The notes under the pieces were generated by a model that saw only the letters and a list, made by a program, of their open reading frames with translations, had not been told where the DNA came from and searched no databases. A stretch of DNA of 64,000 nucleotides from a virus. This document shows, in pieces, positions 31,313-42,805 of the stretch. Made by a program: the position numbers and the translations under genes. The stretch spans positions 6,038-70,037 of IMG/VR virus record IMGVR_UViG_3300038455_000036. The stretch is one strand, 5' to 3'. How positions within the stretch are numbered: the first letter of the stretch is position 1; each line of letters starts with the position of its first letter.

Positions 31313-31624
31313 TTATAGTACTTTTAAAAAATAATAAAATTTGATTTAAAGAAGCTTTTGGATGTTATCCAAGGGCTTTTATTTTATGGTAAGGAGGTTA
31401 TATGGAAACATTAATTGAAAAAGTCAAGCAAATAAAGGAACTAAACGAACTTATTAACTGTGTAACTAACATATGCAGTAATAGAGACGACAACTTAGTT
31501 TTAAAGGCACTAAAACAGCAAAAGACAAATACTTTTGCAGAAGCTCAAGAAATTGCAAAATCTTTGTTATATCCTGCTGAGATAAAGAAGGGCAAAAAGA
31601 AAGAAACCGAAGAGGTGAAGTAAA

Positions 31625-32812
31625 TTGGGAATAAAGCGAAAAGACGGCATATATACAAATATTGACGATGGAAAAAACGTTACATTAGGTAATAAAGCTG
31701 ATAACAGAAATGCTGCAACAGACACAACTGAGATTACTGCTATGTCTATACTTAAGCAAATTAGTTATTTGTTGCAAAATCCTATTGCACAAGGAGTATC
31801 TGCTGGTAGTAATATAATTGGAAAAGTAGGTATTGATCAAACAACAGATGGAACAACAAACAAAGTAAACGCTCAAAATTCTACGCACGATAATCTTAAT
31901 GCTAATGCTAATATACAGGTAAATAATACAGATGTAGCAAGTGGGAATCCTATTTTTGCTACATTAGAAGATGGGAAAAATGTAACATTAGGTACTAAGA
32001 CGGATAATAAAAGCACAGCAACAGATACAACTAGCGTTTCGGCAATATCTTTATTTAAGGAAATGTCTTACATGTTACAAAATCCCGCTTTTGTCAGGAG
32101 TGGTAGTAAGGCGTTTAAGATTTTGACTAGCTTCACAAGACCTGCTGACACTAATGTATACGCCGCAGATGATTCTATATCTAATGTATCAAGTGCTATT
32201 GCAGTGAGTTTCCATGATACTGGTGATACCGTGACGTTGAATAGTCATGGATTGCAAAATGGAACAGTAGTTAGTTTTGCGACAGTGGTAACTACTACAG
32301 GAATAAGCACATCTACTAATTATTATGTTATAGGTGCAACTACTAATACATTTCAAGTTAGTTCAACTTTTGGGGGAACGGCGTTAACTTTGACAAATGA
32401 TGGTAGCGGTACAATGAACGCTTTGACTCTATGTTATGATTTGGCGGCAGATGGTGCAGTAAATGGGCAAATGTACCAAATTACAAATGCTAGGGTAATT
32501 AGTAGTGTTAAGGGTACTAGTTTAGATTTAAATTCAAATATATGGATGTTTAATACAATATTTTCAGGCACCCTGGATAATGCGGCTTTGTCGATAGATG
32601 ATACAACAGCACAAACGGGTGGAATAGTAATCCCATGCATTAATACTTACCGAAATGCATTAAATCATAGATGTACATCAGATCCCGGAGCATGGAAGGG
32701 TAAATTAGCTGCAAATGACACTAAATTGTTTTTTAATTTGCAGGCAAGTAATGCTTATACTCCTCAAAGTGGAGAAGTATTAACGGTAGTATTAGAAGGT
32801 GATTTATTATGA
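31625..32812 (+). CDS. Probable virion decoration/fibre protein with internal repeat
   Basis: Thr/Asn-rich; duplicated DGKNVTLG.K.DN...ATDTT...A.S..K..SY.LQNP; HGL..G..V.F...YYV repeat-domain motif. Confidence 0.55.
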   Translation: MGIKRKDGIYTNIDDGKNVTLGNKADNRNAATDTTEITAMSILKQISYLLQNPIAQGVSAGSNIIGKVGIDQTTDGTTNKVNAQNSTHDNLNANANIQVNNTDVASGNPIFATLEDGKNVTLGTKTDNKSTATDTTSVSAISLFKEMSYMLQNPAFVRSGSKAFKILTSFTRPADTNVYAADDSISNVSSAIAVSFHDTGDTVTLNSHGLQNGTVVSFATVVTTTGISTSTNYYVIGATTNTFQVSSTFGGTALTLTNDGSGTMNALTLCYDLAADGAVNGQMYQITNARVISSVKGTSLDLNSNIWMFNTIFSGTLDNAALSIDDTTAQTGGIVIPCINTYRNALNHRCTSDPGAWKGKLAANDTKLFFNLQASNAYTPQSGEVLTVVLEGDLL

Positions 32813-33726
32813 TGTCACCGTGCCAAAAAGGGGTATTTTCAAAGAAAAAATACTTTCAATGTACAATAAACACGGCTAATACAAGCACTGGAAGTACTAA
32901 CAATAATCAATTCAAACCACCTACAGAAAGTAGTGGTACTTATGATTGCATTATATCGTGGGGTGATGGCTGTAGAGACCGTATTTCTGCTTGGAATCAA
33001 GCGGAATTGACGCATACGTATAGTGAGATTGGCGTATATGACGTTAAGATATATGGGACATTTAAGGGCTTGCGGTTTAATAATACTGGCGATAGATTAA
33101 AAATTACTAATATACAAAAATGGGATAATTTACAACTTGGTAATTCTAACGGGTATTTTTACGGATGTACTAATTTACAAATTACCGCAACAGATGTTTT
33201 AAAAAACCCAACAATGACAACTATGTACACAGCTTTTTATAATTGTACAAATTTAAATAGTTTAATAAATTTATCAGATAATAATATATTAAATATGTAT
33301 GCGATGTTTTATGGTTGTACTTTGTATAACAAGCCTATCACATTTTCAACTGCTAGTGTATCAAATATGTATGCTACTTTTGGTAATACATCATTTAATA
33401 AATCTGTAAGTGCTATTATTACTAATAATGTAACAACGATGGCATATATGTTTTTAAATTGCCCAATTAATCAAGATATATCTAATCTGAGCTTAAAACT
33501 AGTTACAACGATGGAAGGTATGTTACAGGGGGCAACAGCATGGTCTAGAGCCAATTATGACTTATTCTTAATTGGTGCACACGCACAAGCATTAAGCACA
33601 GGTGTACAATCAGGTGTTCCATTTAGATGTGTACCTGGTTACACGCTTGGAGGAGCTGCACAAGCCGCACATGATTATTTAAGCGGCACTAAAAACTGGA
33701 TATTTACAGATGGAGGAGGTGTATAA
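32809..33726 (+). CDS. DUF285/BspA-like repeat surface or virion protein
   Basis: ISWGDG PKD-like motif followed by repeated V..M..MF.....N.DIS units. Confidence 0.7.
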   Translation: MMSPCQKGVFSKKKYFQCTINTANTSTGSTNNNQFKPPTESSGTYDCIISWGDGCRDRISAWNQAELTHTYSEIGVYDVKIYGTFKGLRFNNTGDRLKITNIQKWDNLQLGNSNGYFYGCTNLQITATDVLKNPTMTTMYTAFYNCTNLNSLINLSDNNILNMYAMFYGCTLYNKPITFSTASVSNMYATFGNTSFNKSVSAIITNNVTTMAYMFLNCPINQDISNLSLKLVTTMEGMLQGATAWSRANYDLFLIGAHAQALSTGVQSGVPFRCVPGYTLGGAAQAAHDYLSGTKNWIFTDGGGV

Positions 33727-34044
33727 AATGGTTATACGATACGAAACTACTAAATTTACTTGTATGCAACTTAAATCTAATTTAAGTGTCGTAATTTTTC
33801 AAAAAGTTTCTCCACCCGATGTTACGACTTTTAACGAAGAAGTGTGGAATTATTGGGAATTTGATAGTTATACAGAATTGTATAGCTTTGTTGAAACTAA
33901 TATGCCTGAGCAATTAGAAAATATACCAGAAGAGGAAATGATGTAATTTAGAGTCAACAAGGCTCTTTTTTTCTGCATCTAAGTAAATAGACGAAAATGG
34001 TAATAACATTACTAAATAATGATAAATAGTATTAGAGGTACAAA

Positions 34045-35826
34045 ATGGCAACAACATTAAAACAAGAATACGGAAGTGTAGGGCGTAGTAATTCCGCATT
34101 ATTCCAATATAACCTAGCAACAGATGAATATTTATCAACCCTCACATGGCCTAATGACATAAAAATATACGATAAGATGGAGCGGTCTGACAGTCAAGTA
34201 AAAGCCACATTGTTATTGTTAGAATTACCTTTACGCTCGACAAATTGGTTTATTCAGCCTAAAGATAAGAGTGGCAAGGCTCAGCAGATAGCGGATTTCA
34301 TAGAGGAAACATTATTCAATAATATGTTTTCTTTTGATGAGTTATTGAAGAACATTTGCACGATGTTTGCGTTTGGGCATAGCGTTTTTGAAAAGGTATT
34401 CGAGGTCAAAAATGGATTTTTACAGTGGAAAAAGTTTGCCATCCGTCCACAAAGCACTATATATGACCTGATATATGATGATGTAGGAGATATATCGAGT
34501 ATACAACAATATCTAATCAATAAATGTTTTACAATTGTTGATATTCCTATTGAAAAGTTATTATTGTTTTCGCACGACATTAAACAAGGTGATTATAGAG
34601 GGCGAAGCGTTTTAAGAAGTGCATATAAGCATTGGTCAATAAAAGAGTTCTTGTATAAAATAACAAATATAGGAATTGAAAGAAATTTTGTCGGAACTCC
34701 TACAGTTAAACTGCCACCTAATGCAAATGATGATGATATTACATTGGCAAAAAGTATTGTAACATCACTTAGAAGTAACGAAAATGGCGGTGTAACTATA
34801 CCGGAAGACTTTTTATTGGAAATGTTCGAGGGCAAGCGTACCCTAATGGATGTAATGCCATATATAGAGTACCATGACAAACTTATATCTAGGTCTATAT
34901 TAGCTCAATTCATCAATCTTGATTCTAAAGGCGGCTCTTATGCATTAGGACAGGGGCAAATGGATTTATTTTTAATGTTGCTTAATGCAAGTGGTAATTA
35001 TATCTGTAATATAATCAATACCCATGCTGTCAAACAGCTTGTTGATTATAATTTTGCATCTGACTTATACCCGGAATTGAAATTTAAACCTTTGGGCAGT
35101 GAAAAAATAATTGATAGTATTAAGTTATTAACAGATGGAAAAATAGTTATACCTGATAAGGATTTAGAAACGTTTGTTCGTGAGTTATTGAAATTGCCCG
35201 AAAAGGCAAAAAAATCTTATACGGACCAGGCAAATAAAATTGAAAATGATAATCAAAATCAAAATAAAGGGACAAAAACCGAGGATGATTTAAATGATTC
35301 TACCGAAGAATTGCAAAATGAAAATGGCAAGGTTGAAGATCCGCAATCTAAAGATATGAAAAATAAAAATCCTGATGAGACTAAAAAGATGAGTGAAGAT
35401 TACAGCAAATATAATGATCTTAATAAAAAAATTGACGAGCTTGAGAATGAGTTTGAATCAGGATGTAAGACAATTATACAAAAGCAATTAAAAGACCTAT
35501 CTACAAGGGTTAAAAATACCGATTTAAGCAAATTATCAGAAATGCAAGTAAAATACAAGGGTGAGTTAACTAATTTTGTATTTAACGCACTTATCAAAGC
35601 ATACAAGGAAGGTAGAACGCAGATTTTAGACGAATTGAATCTGAAAGCTGATAAAAACGACATAAAGGATATAGATGTAATCAAGGCTAAGGCTGGTATT
35701 GTGGCAAATAATATCAGTGAGAGAGTTAAAACAAGGTTTTTATCGAAGTTTATGAACACTTATAGTGATGGTATGGACATAGAGAAGGTAAGTAAACAGG
35801 CTCTTAAATCTGTATTAGGTAATTAG
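34045..35826 (+). CDS. Portal protein (Mu gp29/DUF935-like)
   Basis: FGHSVFEKV, GRSVLRSAY..W..K, IERNFVGTP, GGSYALG. Confidence 0.88.
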   Translation: MATTLKQEYGSVGRSNSALFQYNLATDEYLSTLTWPNDIKIYDKMERSDSQVKATLLLLELPLRSTNWFIQPKDKSGKAQQIADFIEETLFNNMFSFDELLKNICTMFAFGHSVFEKVFEVKNGFLQWKKFAIRPQSTIYDLIYDDVGDISSIQQYLINKCFTIVDIPIEKLLLFSHDIKQGDYRGRSVLRSAYKHWSIKEFLYKITNIGIERNFVGTPTVKLPPNANDDDITLAKSIVTSLRSNENGGVTIPEDFLLEMFEGKRTLMDVMPYIEYHDKLISRSILAQFINLDSKGGSYALGQGQMDLFLMLLNASGNYICNIINTHAVKQLVDYNFASDLYPELKFKPLGSEKIIDSIKLLTDGKIVIPDKDLETFVRELLKLPEKAKKSYTDQANKIENDNQNQNKGTKTEDDLNDSTEELQNENGKVEDPQSKDMKNKNPDETKKMSEDYSKYNDLNKKIDELENEFESGCKTIIQKQLKDLSTRVKNTDLSKLSEMQVKYKGELTNFVFNALIKAYKEGRTQILDELNLKADKNDIKDIDVIKAKAGIVANNISERVKTRFLSKFMNTYSDGMDIEKVSKQALKSVLGN

Positions 35827-35828
35827 AT

Positions 35829-36155
35829 ATGATTGATAAGCTAATTGATGATTGCATTAAATTAGGCGGTTTGATGTATGCCCATATTGATTCTTATAGT
35901 GAATATAGAAGCATTGTAAGGGATTCAAATAGTGAATTATATAGTGTATTTAACAAGGGTAGGGACAGCATAGCTAGTAACTTTGCTCAAACTGCTATAT
36001 TTACGACTGTAAAGGATGAGTGGAGATGTGAAACGTGTAGATTATTGCAAGGTAAACGTTTTAAGGTTGGCACAAATGAATATAATGAGAATATGCCACC
36101 TTTACATAATCATTGTAGATGTATTTATCAATATATTTTGGGAAGGAATTATTAA
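35829..36155 (+). CDS. Head morphogenesis protein (MuF/SPP1 gp7-like, short)
   Basis: D..RCETCR.L.G...PPLHNHCRC. Confidence 0.8.
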   Translation: MIDKLIDDCIKLGGLMYAHIDSYSEYRSIVRDSNSELYSVFNKGRDSIASNFAQTAIFTTVKDEWRCETCRLLQGKRFKVGTNEYNENMPPLHNHCRCIYQYILGRNY

Positions 36156-36722
36156 ATAATGAGTGCAATTAAAATTAAACATACTACTTATTGTGGTATA
36201 TGTGGCAACAAACATGAAATAGAATATGATTTAGCTTTTAACTGTGAAACTCCAAAATATTGCAAACCGCCAGATTGGGTTAATTTGAATAATTTCTTGA
36301 TTTGCGATAAGCATAGCATGAGTGATATTTCGGAATTTTTGAAATCAATGGTATAATTATTCTAAAATTAAAGCGGAGGTTTTTATGGTTAGAATAATTA
36401 AAGAAGAAGAAAAATTTATTGCAAAAAGAGAAATACCCAAAGATGCATATAATAAAAACAAAGAACATTTTAGAAAATCTTTATATTGCGATGCATATGA
36501 ATTTATTGATCCTGCTGATGATTTATTTTACTCATTTAAGTTTATGACACAAGATTTACCAAATGGAGCTTGGAAAAGAAGAACGGAACATATAGAAATC
36601 ATATTGATAATACAAAAACATAAATTAGATCAAATAGGACATAGGTTACTAAATAGTGATGAAGAATATTCAGTGTAATAAATAAATTTTAAATAAATAA
36701 CTTAATAAAGAAGGTGTAAATT

Positions 36723-37880
36723 ATGCCAAATCAAGTATCGAAAGATACTTTTTTTTATTGCGTAAAATTAAGCGAAAATACAAGTCAAATTGAAATAATG
36801 CGAACAGGAACATGGAAACATCCTGTCTACGGCAATTTTTCAATAACTGAAAACGACCTTGATGATTTCATATTACATTTTATTGAGAATGTTCGAGGTA
36901 TAGATATTGCAATAGATTTAGAACATGGAGAGACGCCACACAAGAGTGCTTCTGCTGGATGGATTAAACATCTAACAAAACAAGGTAACTCCTTGCTGGC
37001 AGAAATTGAATGGACAGATTTAGGTAAAGAAAAACTAAAGTCCAAGGAATATAAGTATTTTTCTCCTGAATTTAAGTTTAGCTATGAAGATCATGAGACA
37101 GGCAAGAAATACAGCAATGTATTGATGGGTGGAGGTCTTACAAATAGACCGTTTATTAAGAATATGCAACCTGTATTGTTGAGCGAAGATGTGCAAATAG
37201 AAGCACATCAAGATAATACAAGTTTTATATATATGCAAAATATTGAAAAAGAAAGGATTGATAAAAAAATGAATGCAAAATTATTAACAGTTTTGAAATT
37301 GTCTGAAAATGCTACAGAAGAGCAAGTAAGCGAAGCTATTGAAAATGTTGTCAAAGAAAATGAGACTTTAACAAAAGAAGTTGAGACTAAAACAAATGAA
37401 ATAGCTGATAAAAACAAGGAAATCACAGAGAAAACAACTGAAAATGTTGAGTTATCTGAGAAAATAAAGACCTTAACTAGCAATAAGACTGATCTCGAGA
37501 AGGATAACATAAAGTTATCCGAGAGAATCACAAGTATTGAGACAAAATTAGTTGAATCTGAATGGGAAAAGGTGTCAAGTAAATTACTATCAGAAGGAAA
37601 ATTAACTCCTGCTATGGCTGAAAAGTTTAAAGTAGGTTACATGAAAGATAAAGAAACTACTTTGGCATTGATGGAAACACTTCAACCAATTGTAGAACTT
37701 GGTGAGAGAGGAAATTCTCAAGGTAATAATGAGGTCAAATCAAATATTGAGTTATTTGAAAATGAGGTTAATACAATTGTTGCAAATAGAAAAGTTAGCT
37801 ATGCAGATGCTTTAGTTTTGGCTGAAAAAGAAAAACCAGAACTATTTAATTTGTATCAGAAAGAAAGGGGTGTCCATTAA
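36723..37880 (+). CDS. Mu I-like prohead protease/scaffold
   Basis: IDLEH, AGWIK, EWT..G...L....YKYFSPEF, LTNRPF, followed by a coiled coil. Confidence 0.88.
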   Translation: MPNQVSKDTFFYCVKLSENTSQIEIMRTGTWKHPVYGNFSITENDLDDFILHFIENVRGIDIAIDLEHGETPHKSASAGWIKHLTKQGNSLLAEIEWTDLGKEKLKSKEYKYFSPEFKFSYEDHETGKKYSNVLMGGGLTNRPFIKNMQPVLLSEDVQIEAHQDNTSFIYMQNIEKERIDKKMNAKLLTVLKLSENATEEQVSEAIENVVKENETLTKEVETKTNEIADKNKEITEKTTENVELSEKIKTLTSNKTDLEKDNIKLSERITSIETKLVESEWEKVSSKLLSEGKLTPAMAEKFKVGYMKDKETTLALMETLQPIVELGERGNSQGNNEVKSNIELFENEVNTIVANRKVSYADALVLAEKEKPELFNLYQKERGVH

Positions 37881-38266
37881 TGGCCGCAGGAGAAAACGGA
37901 ATTTTATTAAAAACTTTTACCGCCGCCGCTGATTTATCAAGTTATCAATACCATTTTGTTAAATTGGCAAGTGCTACAACTGTTACATATGCTGATGATG
38001 CCGGAGCGGCTATTGGTATATTGCAGAATAAGCCGGAAAGCGGAGAGTCGGCAAGCGTAATGATGATAGGAATAAGTTGCATGAAAGTTGGTACAACTGG
38101 TGTTGCCGCTGTTATGGATAAGATAAAAACCGAAGGTACTTACGGTTACGGTACGACATCGGCAACAAACTTGGATAACTACAATGCAATAGCTTTGGAA
38201 ACTGGTGTTAGTGGAGATGTTATATCCGTATTACTTACACCATGTAGTACTTTAGCGCATTCTTAA
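37880..38266 (+). CDS. Capsid cement/decoration protein
   Basis: AIGILQNKP..GE.A.V...G, ALE....GDVI.VLL. Confidence 0.75.
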   Translation: MAAGENGILLKTFTAAADLSSYQYHFVKLASATTVTYADDAGAAIGILQNKPESGESASVMMIGISCMKVGTTGVAAVMDKIKTEGTYGYGTTSATNLDNYNAIALETGVSGDVISVLLTPCSTLAHS

Positions 38267-38280
38267 AGGAGGGATAAACG

Positions 38281-39228
38281 ATGAGACCAGTGACAAGTGA
38301 CGTACATGTTGATGCTGTGATGACAAATGTTAGCGTTTTATATAGAAATAGAGATTATATAGCTGAAATGATTGCCCCAATCGTGCCAGTATTACATAGA
38401 TCGGATAAATATTATATCTTCGATAAAGGCGATCAATTTAGGGATACAGCGGAATATAGAGCACCAGGAACAGCGGCAAGCCGTCATGGATTTGGATTAA
38501 GCACAGATACATATTCATGTGAAGAAATAGCAGAAGCAACTATATTGAACGATAAAGAGAGAAGGAACGCTGATTCTGTCTTGAGACTAGAAACAGCTAA
38601 ATCAAACTTTGTAACTAATAAAGTATTGCTTAAATTAGAGAGATTAATTGCGGCTAAATGCTGTATTACTTCAAATTGGGGTAGTAATTATTCTACACCA
38701 AGCAATTTATGGGATGATTACGATAATAGTGACCCTATTGCAGACTTCGAAACCGCTATTGATACAGTAGAAGAAGGCACAGGGGAAATGGTAAACAAAA
38801 TTGTAATATCTAAAAACGCGTGGAAAAAATTAAAACATCATCCACAACTTTTGGAGAGATTACCATCAACAAATCTTAAAACCGCTACTATAGATACTTT
38901 AAGATCAATATTAGCAAATGGAAATAATATTGAAATACTGATTGGTAGTGCTATGTATAACACAGAAAAGGAAGGCCAAACTGCTTCATTTTCTCCTATT
39001 TGGGACAAAGACGTATGGGTTGGTCATGTTGCTCCTGCTCCTGCTTTGGAAACTGCAACAGCATTATATACTTTTGTATTTCCAGAGGAATCAACTGGGG
39101 CTATTAGGGGAATTTGGAGATGGAGAGAAGAAAAAATACACAGTGATGTTTTTGAGTGTGCTATGGACTTTGATTCTAAAGTCGTAGGTAGTGACTTAGG
39201 ATATTTACTCAATAACGTTATATCTTAA
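38281..39228 (+). CDS. Major capsid protein
   Basis: VHVDAVMTNVSVLYRN.DYIAE.I.P.VPV, SDPIAD, LKHHPQL; position and size. Confidence 0.88.
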   Translation: MRPVTSDVHVDAVMTNVSVLYRNRDYIAEMIAPIVPVLHRSDKYYIFDKGDQFRDTAEYRAPGTAASRHGFGLSTDTYSCEEIAEATILNDKERRNADSVLRLETAKSNFVTNKVLLKLERLIAAKCCITSNWGSNYSTPSNLWDDYDNSDPIADFETAIDTVEEGTGEMVNKIVISKNAWKKLKHHPQLLERLPSTNLKTATIDTLRSILANGNNIEILIGSAMYNTEKEGQTASFSPIWDKDVWVGHVAPAPALETATALYTFVFPEESTGAIRGIWRWREEKIHSDVFECAMDFDSKVVGSDLGYLLNNVIS

Positions 39229-39304
39229 TAATAAATATAAATAAAATCGGAATCCCTGATATAAATAATCAGGAGTTCCCCTTTTTAAAGGGAGGTAAGT
39301 ATAT

Positions 39305-40522
39305 ATGAGCGATTTTATCGGAAATTTTAGACAACTTACTACAGGTAAGTTACATATAAGAAGTCAATTAACAATAGGTAATCAGGCTATTATATCTAAT
39401 AATGGCAATACTTATTATGTTGACAGCACTGCAAGTAATAAAAGCGATACTAATACAGGTAAGTCATGGGCGCATCCTTTGGCAACTTTGGACGGTGCAA
39501 TAAATAAATGCACTGCAAACAATGGTGATGTTATTTTATTGGCTCCTGGACATTCGGAAACTTACACTACTACAGGAGCAAAAGCGGTGTTTGATATTGC
39601 TGGTATAACTGTAATTAGTACAGGTATGGGAACGGATAGAGCGACATTTAACTTTGGTCACACAGGTGCAACATTTACGATTAGTGCGGCAAGTATTACA
39701 CTTGTTGGCTTATTATTTATAACTGCTGTAGATCAAGTTGTTACATTCGGTACAATTAGCGGTGCTGACTGTACATTAATCGAATGTGAAACAAGGGACG
39801 TAACAGACAAAGAAGTTGTAGATGCTTTTATTTGCACTGGTGCAAGGTTAACAGTGTATAAACATTACCATAATGGTTATACTGGTGGCGATGCTAACGC
39901 AAGGGTATTCAAGATGAATGGCGTTGCTGGCGCGTTATTTGATGGATGTAGATTTTTAGGAAAGGTAACAACAGGCGTAATCAATTTTGTTACAACTGCA
40001 TGTACAAATGTAATTGTAAAGAATTGTGACTTTCTTGTTACATCTACTACAAACTTAAGTAAAAACGTGGTAGATACAATTACAGGCTCAACATGGGAAT
40101 GTAATGGTTGCTTTGATCTTGGGGCTGGTGCTGGATTTTCTGGCGGTTCTGGCGGTGCTTTGGCTGTAGATGATATAGCATCTATATACTCAAGGCTTGG
40201 TGCTCCTGCTGGCGCGAGTGTCAGTGCTGACATAGCGGCAATTAAATCAATTGTAGATGATGTAAAAAGCTATACCGATACAGAGATAGCGGCAATAAAA
40301 GCTAAAACTGATAATTTGCCCGCTTCTCCTTGTGCTACTGCCGATGTTGCTAATGCTCTTGTTGATGTTAAAAACAAAGATATAGGAGCTACATTTAGTG
40401 CCGCTACCGATTCATTAGAGGCTATATCTGAAAAAGTTGGAGAATTAGCAGATGTAGCAGGAACAACTAGTATAATAGCTTATCTTAAGGCAATAAAGGC
40501 GAAAACAGATACTATTACTTAA
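39305..40522 (+). CDS. Virion accessory protein with probable beta-helix (head fibre-like)
   Basis: YYVDS...SD.NTGKSWAHPLATLDGAI...GDVILLAPGH pectin-lyase-like start. Confidence 0.6.
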   Translation: MSDFIGNFRQLTTGKLHIRSQLTIGNQAIISNNGNTYYVDSTASNKSDTNTGKSWAHPLATLDGAINKCTANNGDVILLAPGHSETYTTTGAKAVFDIAGITVISTGMGTDRATFNFGHTGATFTISAASITLVGLLFITAVDQVVTFGTISGADCTLIECETRDVTDKEVVDAFICTGARLTVYKHYHNGYTGGDANARVFKMNGVAGALFDGCRFLGKVTTGVINFVTTACTNVIVKNCDFLVTSTTNLSKNVVDTITGSTWECNGCFDLGAGAGFSGGSGGALAVDDIASIYSRLGAPAGASVSADIAAIKSIVDDVKSYTDTEIAAIKAKTDNLPASPCATADVANALVDVKNKDIGATFSAATDSLEAISEKVGELADVAGTTSIIAYLKAIKAKTDTIT

Positions 40523-40545
40523 ATATAATTAAGGAGGTATAAGAC

Positions 40546-40980
40546 ATGGCTTATAGTGATTCTAACGACATACAAGCATTAATTAAGTGGGTTACTTTTT
40601 CTAATACAAGCAAAGTAACCTTAACAGAACTACAGCAATATATTTCTGACGCTGACACGATTATTGATGCAAAACTAGAGCGGATATATACAGTACCTAT
40701 TACGGACATGGACGATATGCAAAAATTAAAGTATATTTCTGCCAGGATGGCGGCTTCGGAAGTCGCACAAGTATTGGTTTTACATTCAGCTGGTCAAATA
40801 CCTCCTGTAGTTAAAAAATGGCAAGATTCAGCTTATGAACAGTTAGAGAAGATAATGGATGGAACTATAGAATTGACTAATAGCCAAAAATTAATAAGTA
40901 ATAAGGGTTTATATAGCTATACGGCAGATACGGCAAATGAATGTGACCCTATATGGACAATGAGCGGTGATGAATGGTGA
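40546..40980 (+). CDS. Head-tail adaptor (Mu gp36-like)
   Basis: MAYSD..DI, I.DA...IDAKL...YTVPI. Confidence 0.75.
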   Translation: MAYSDSNDIQALIKWVTFSNTSKVTLTELQQYISDADTIIDAKLERIYTVPITDMDDMQKLKYISARMAASEVAQVLVLHSAGQIPPVVKKWQDSAYEQLEKIMDGTIELTNSQKLISNKGLYSYTADTANECDPIWTMSGDEW

Positions 40981-40986
40981 TGTTTT

Positions 40987-41313
40987 ATGGTTACATTTAC
41001 TGATAATACTAATGAGTTTAAAAGAAAATTTGAAGAAACTCAAAAGTCCGTATTGGAAAAAGTCGGGAAATTTATTAAAAGCAAGATGGATGAATATGTA
41101 GCTGTAGATACAGGTAATCTAAAATCACATAACAGTTATGCATTGCAAGATAGTAATACTTTGGTTATCTGGAACTTTTGCGAATATGCTGTATATCAAG
41201 AATATGGAACTTATAAAATGGCAGCACATCCATTTTTCCGTATAGCCGTTGATAATCACATGGCAGAAATTAACGCAATAATAGAAGCGGGGTTTAGGAA
41301 TGGAATTGGGTGA
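40987..41313 (+). CDS. HK97 gp10-like neck protein
   Basis: VDTGNLKS, YAVYQEYGTYKMAAHPFF. Confidence 0.85.
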   Translation: MVTFTDNTNEFKRKFEETQKSVLEKVGKFIKSKMDEYVAVDTGNLKSHNSYALQDSNTLVIWNFCEYAVYQEYGTYKMAAHPFFRIAVDNHMAEINAIIEAGFRNGIG

Positions 41314-41698
41314 TTTAAAGACTTATATAAAATCAAGGTTGGAAAGCCTTGTTGATATAGACGTTTACGAAGAAAATCAATACGGAATTTCTCCATTTCC
41401 ATATTTAGTATTTAAAATACCTTCTGGAAATCCTGTTATAGACATTCGGATAGATAGAGTATTGGAAATAGATTACTGGGATAATAGTCTGGATAGTTCA
41501 GCCGTAAAAGAAGCCGCCGAATTAGTCAAAAAAGGCGTTTATGTAGATGGAGAATTAACAATACCAGGCTTCGATTATACTTATCAGTGTGAAGCAGAGG
41601 GATTTTATAGAAGTTACTTAGAATTCGAAGGAGAAATTCCCGACACAGAGCAAAATATATATCGCATTAATCAAAGATATATATTAATCGTTCGGTAA
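41300..41698 (+). CDS. Tail terminator/completion protein
   Basis: FPYLVF, LEIDYWD; position. Confidence 0.7.
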   Translation: MELGDLKTYIKSRLESLVDIDVYEENQYGISPFPYLVFKIPSGNPVIDIRIDRVLEIDYWDNSLDSSAVKEAAELVKKGVYVDGELTIPGFDYTYQCEAEGFYRSYLEFEGEIPDTEQNIYRINQRYILIVR

Positions 41699-41712
41699 AG
41701 TGAGGTGATTAA

Positions 41713-42792
41713 ATGAGTATAGGAGTGGAAACAATTATTGCTCCGGAAAAAAGTGACATTATATTAGCGGCTGGTAAGGTATATGCCAACTATGGTTGTC
41801 CAGATGTTTTAGAAGTAGGAGCAACAAGGGGTGGTTCGTTTAATGTTGCTAGAACTCTAAAAGCAATTGATTTTGATGGAGCATTAGGAAAAGTAAAAGG
41901 TTTTGTTCGGAAAACGGAAATAATTCCTAAAATAAAATTCAATTTTTTGTCATTAAGATATTTAAATAAAAAAGAAATAAGTTATATAAATAGTTTAGAC
42001 AGTGTTGCGTGGGCTTCTAAGGATTGGGATGATACCGGAGGAAATTATACGGCGGAAACAACTTTATACCAGCACGAAGATAGATCGGCAAAGATAACAG
42101 CAAGCACGGACGGACACGGAATACATAAAGCTTTTGCAAGTGCGATTGATTTAACCGAATTTGATAATGCCGAGGTTTCTGCTGATGCTGATTATATATG
42201 TTTTGCTATATATATTACTACAGCTGAAATAACAAATTTAAATCCTGCTAGCTTAAGATTTGTCTTGCCTTGTGATGCTTATAATACATTTACTAATTAT
42301 TTTCATTATGATGTAGCATATGATGATTTAGTTAATGGATGGAATGTATTTAAAGTTGCTAAGTCTGCATTTACAGAGGTCGGAACTGGTGATTGGTCGG
42401 CAATAACTGGCGTAGCTCTTCACGTCGAAGGAAGTCCGACAGCTGAATTTGATGCTTATATTGACAATATATTCTTATTACAAAATATAAGTAAATCTGC
42501 TTTAGTTCCGATAAATGGCGGAAGTTTTACGTTAACTCAGGAAGAAACGTATAGAAAAATACTCGAAAGAGCCAACATTGAGAATGGCGATTACTTAGAT
42601 AATTTAACCTGGGTAGGCAATACCCATGATGGAAAAGCAATTAAGATTATTATCAAAAATGCTTTGTGTGATGAAAACTTATCTGGAGAAATAGCCAAAC
42701 AAAGCGAAATTGTAAGCGATATTACATATACAGGTCATTATCTAAAGGGTGCTATGACAACAGTACCTTACGAAATGCATATTTATAAATAA
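41713..42792 (+). CDS. Tail tube protein paralogue with a ~180-aa inserted domain
   Basis: N- and C-termini align with 42806-43345 (MSIGVE..AP..SDI.LA.GK.Y; VGNTH.GK; TT.PYE). Confidence 0.75.
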   Translation: MSIGVETIIAPEKSDIILAAGKVYANYGCPDVLEVGATRGGSFNVARTLKAIDFDGALGKVKGFVRKTEIIPKIKFNFLSLRYLNKKEISYINSLDSVAWASKDWDDTGGNYTAETTLYQHEDRSAKITASTDGHGIHKAFASAIDLTEFDNAEVSADADYICFAIYITTAEITNLNPASLRFVLPCDAYNTFTNYFHYDVAYDDLVNGWNVFKVAKSAFTEVGTGDWSAITGVALHVEGSPTAEFDAYIDNIFLLQNISKSALVPINGGSFTLTQEETYRKILERANIENGDYLDNLTWVGNTHDGKAIKIIIKNALCDENLSGEIAKQSEIVSDITYTGHYLKGAMTTVPYEMHIYK

Positions 42793-42805
42793 AGAGGTGA
42801 ATTAA

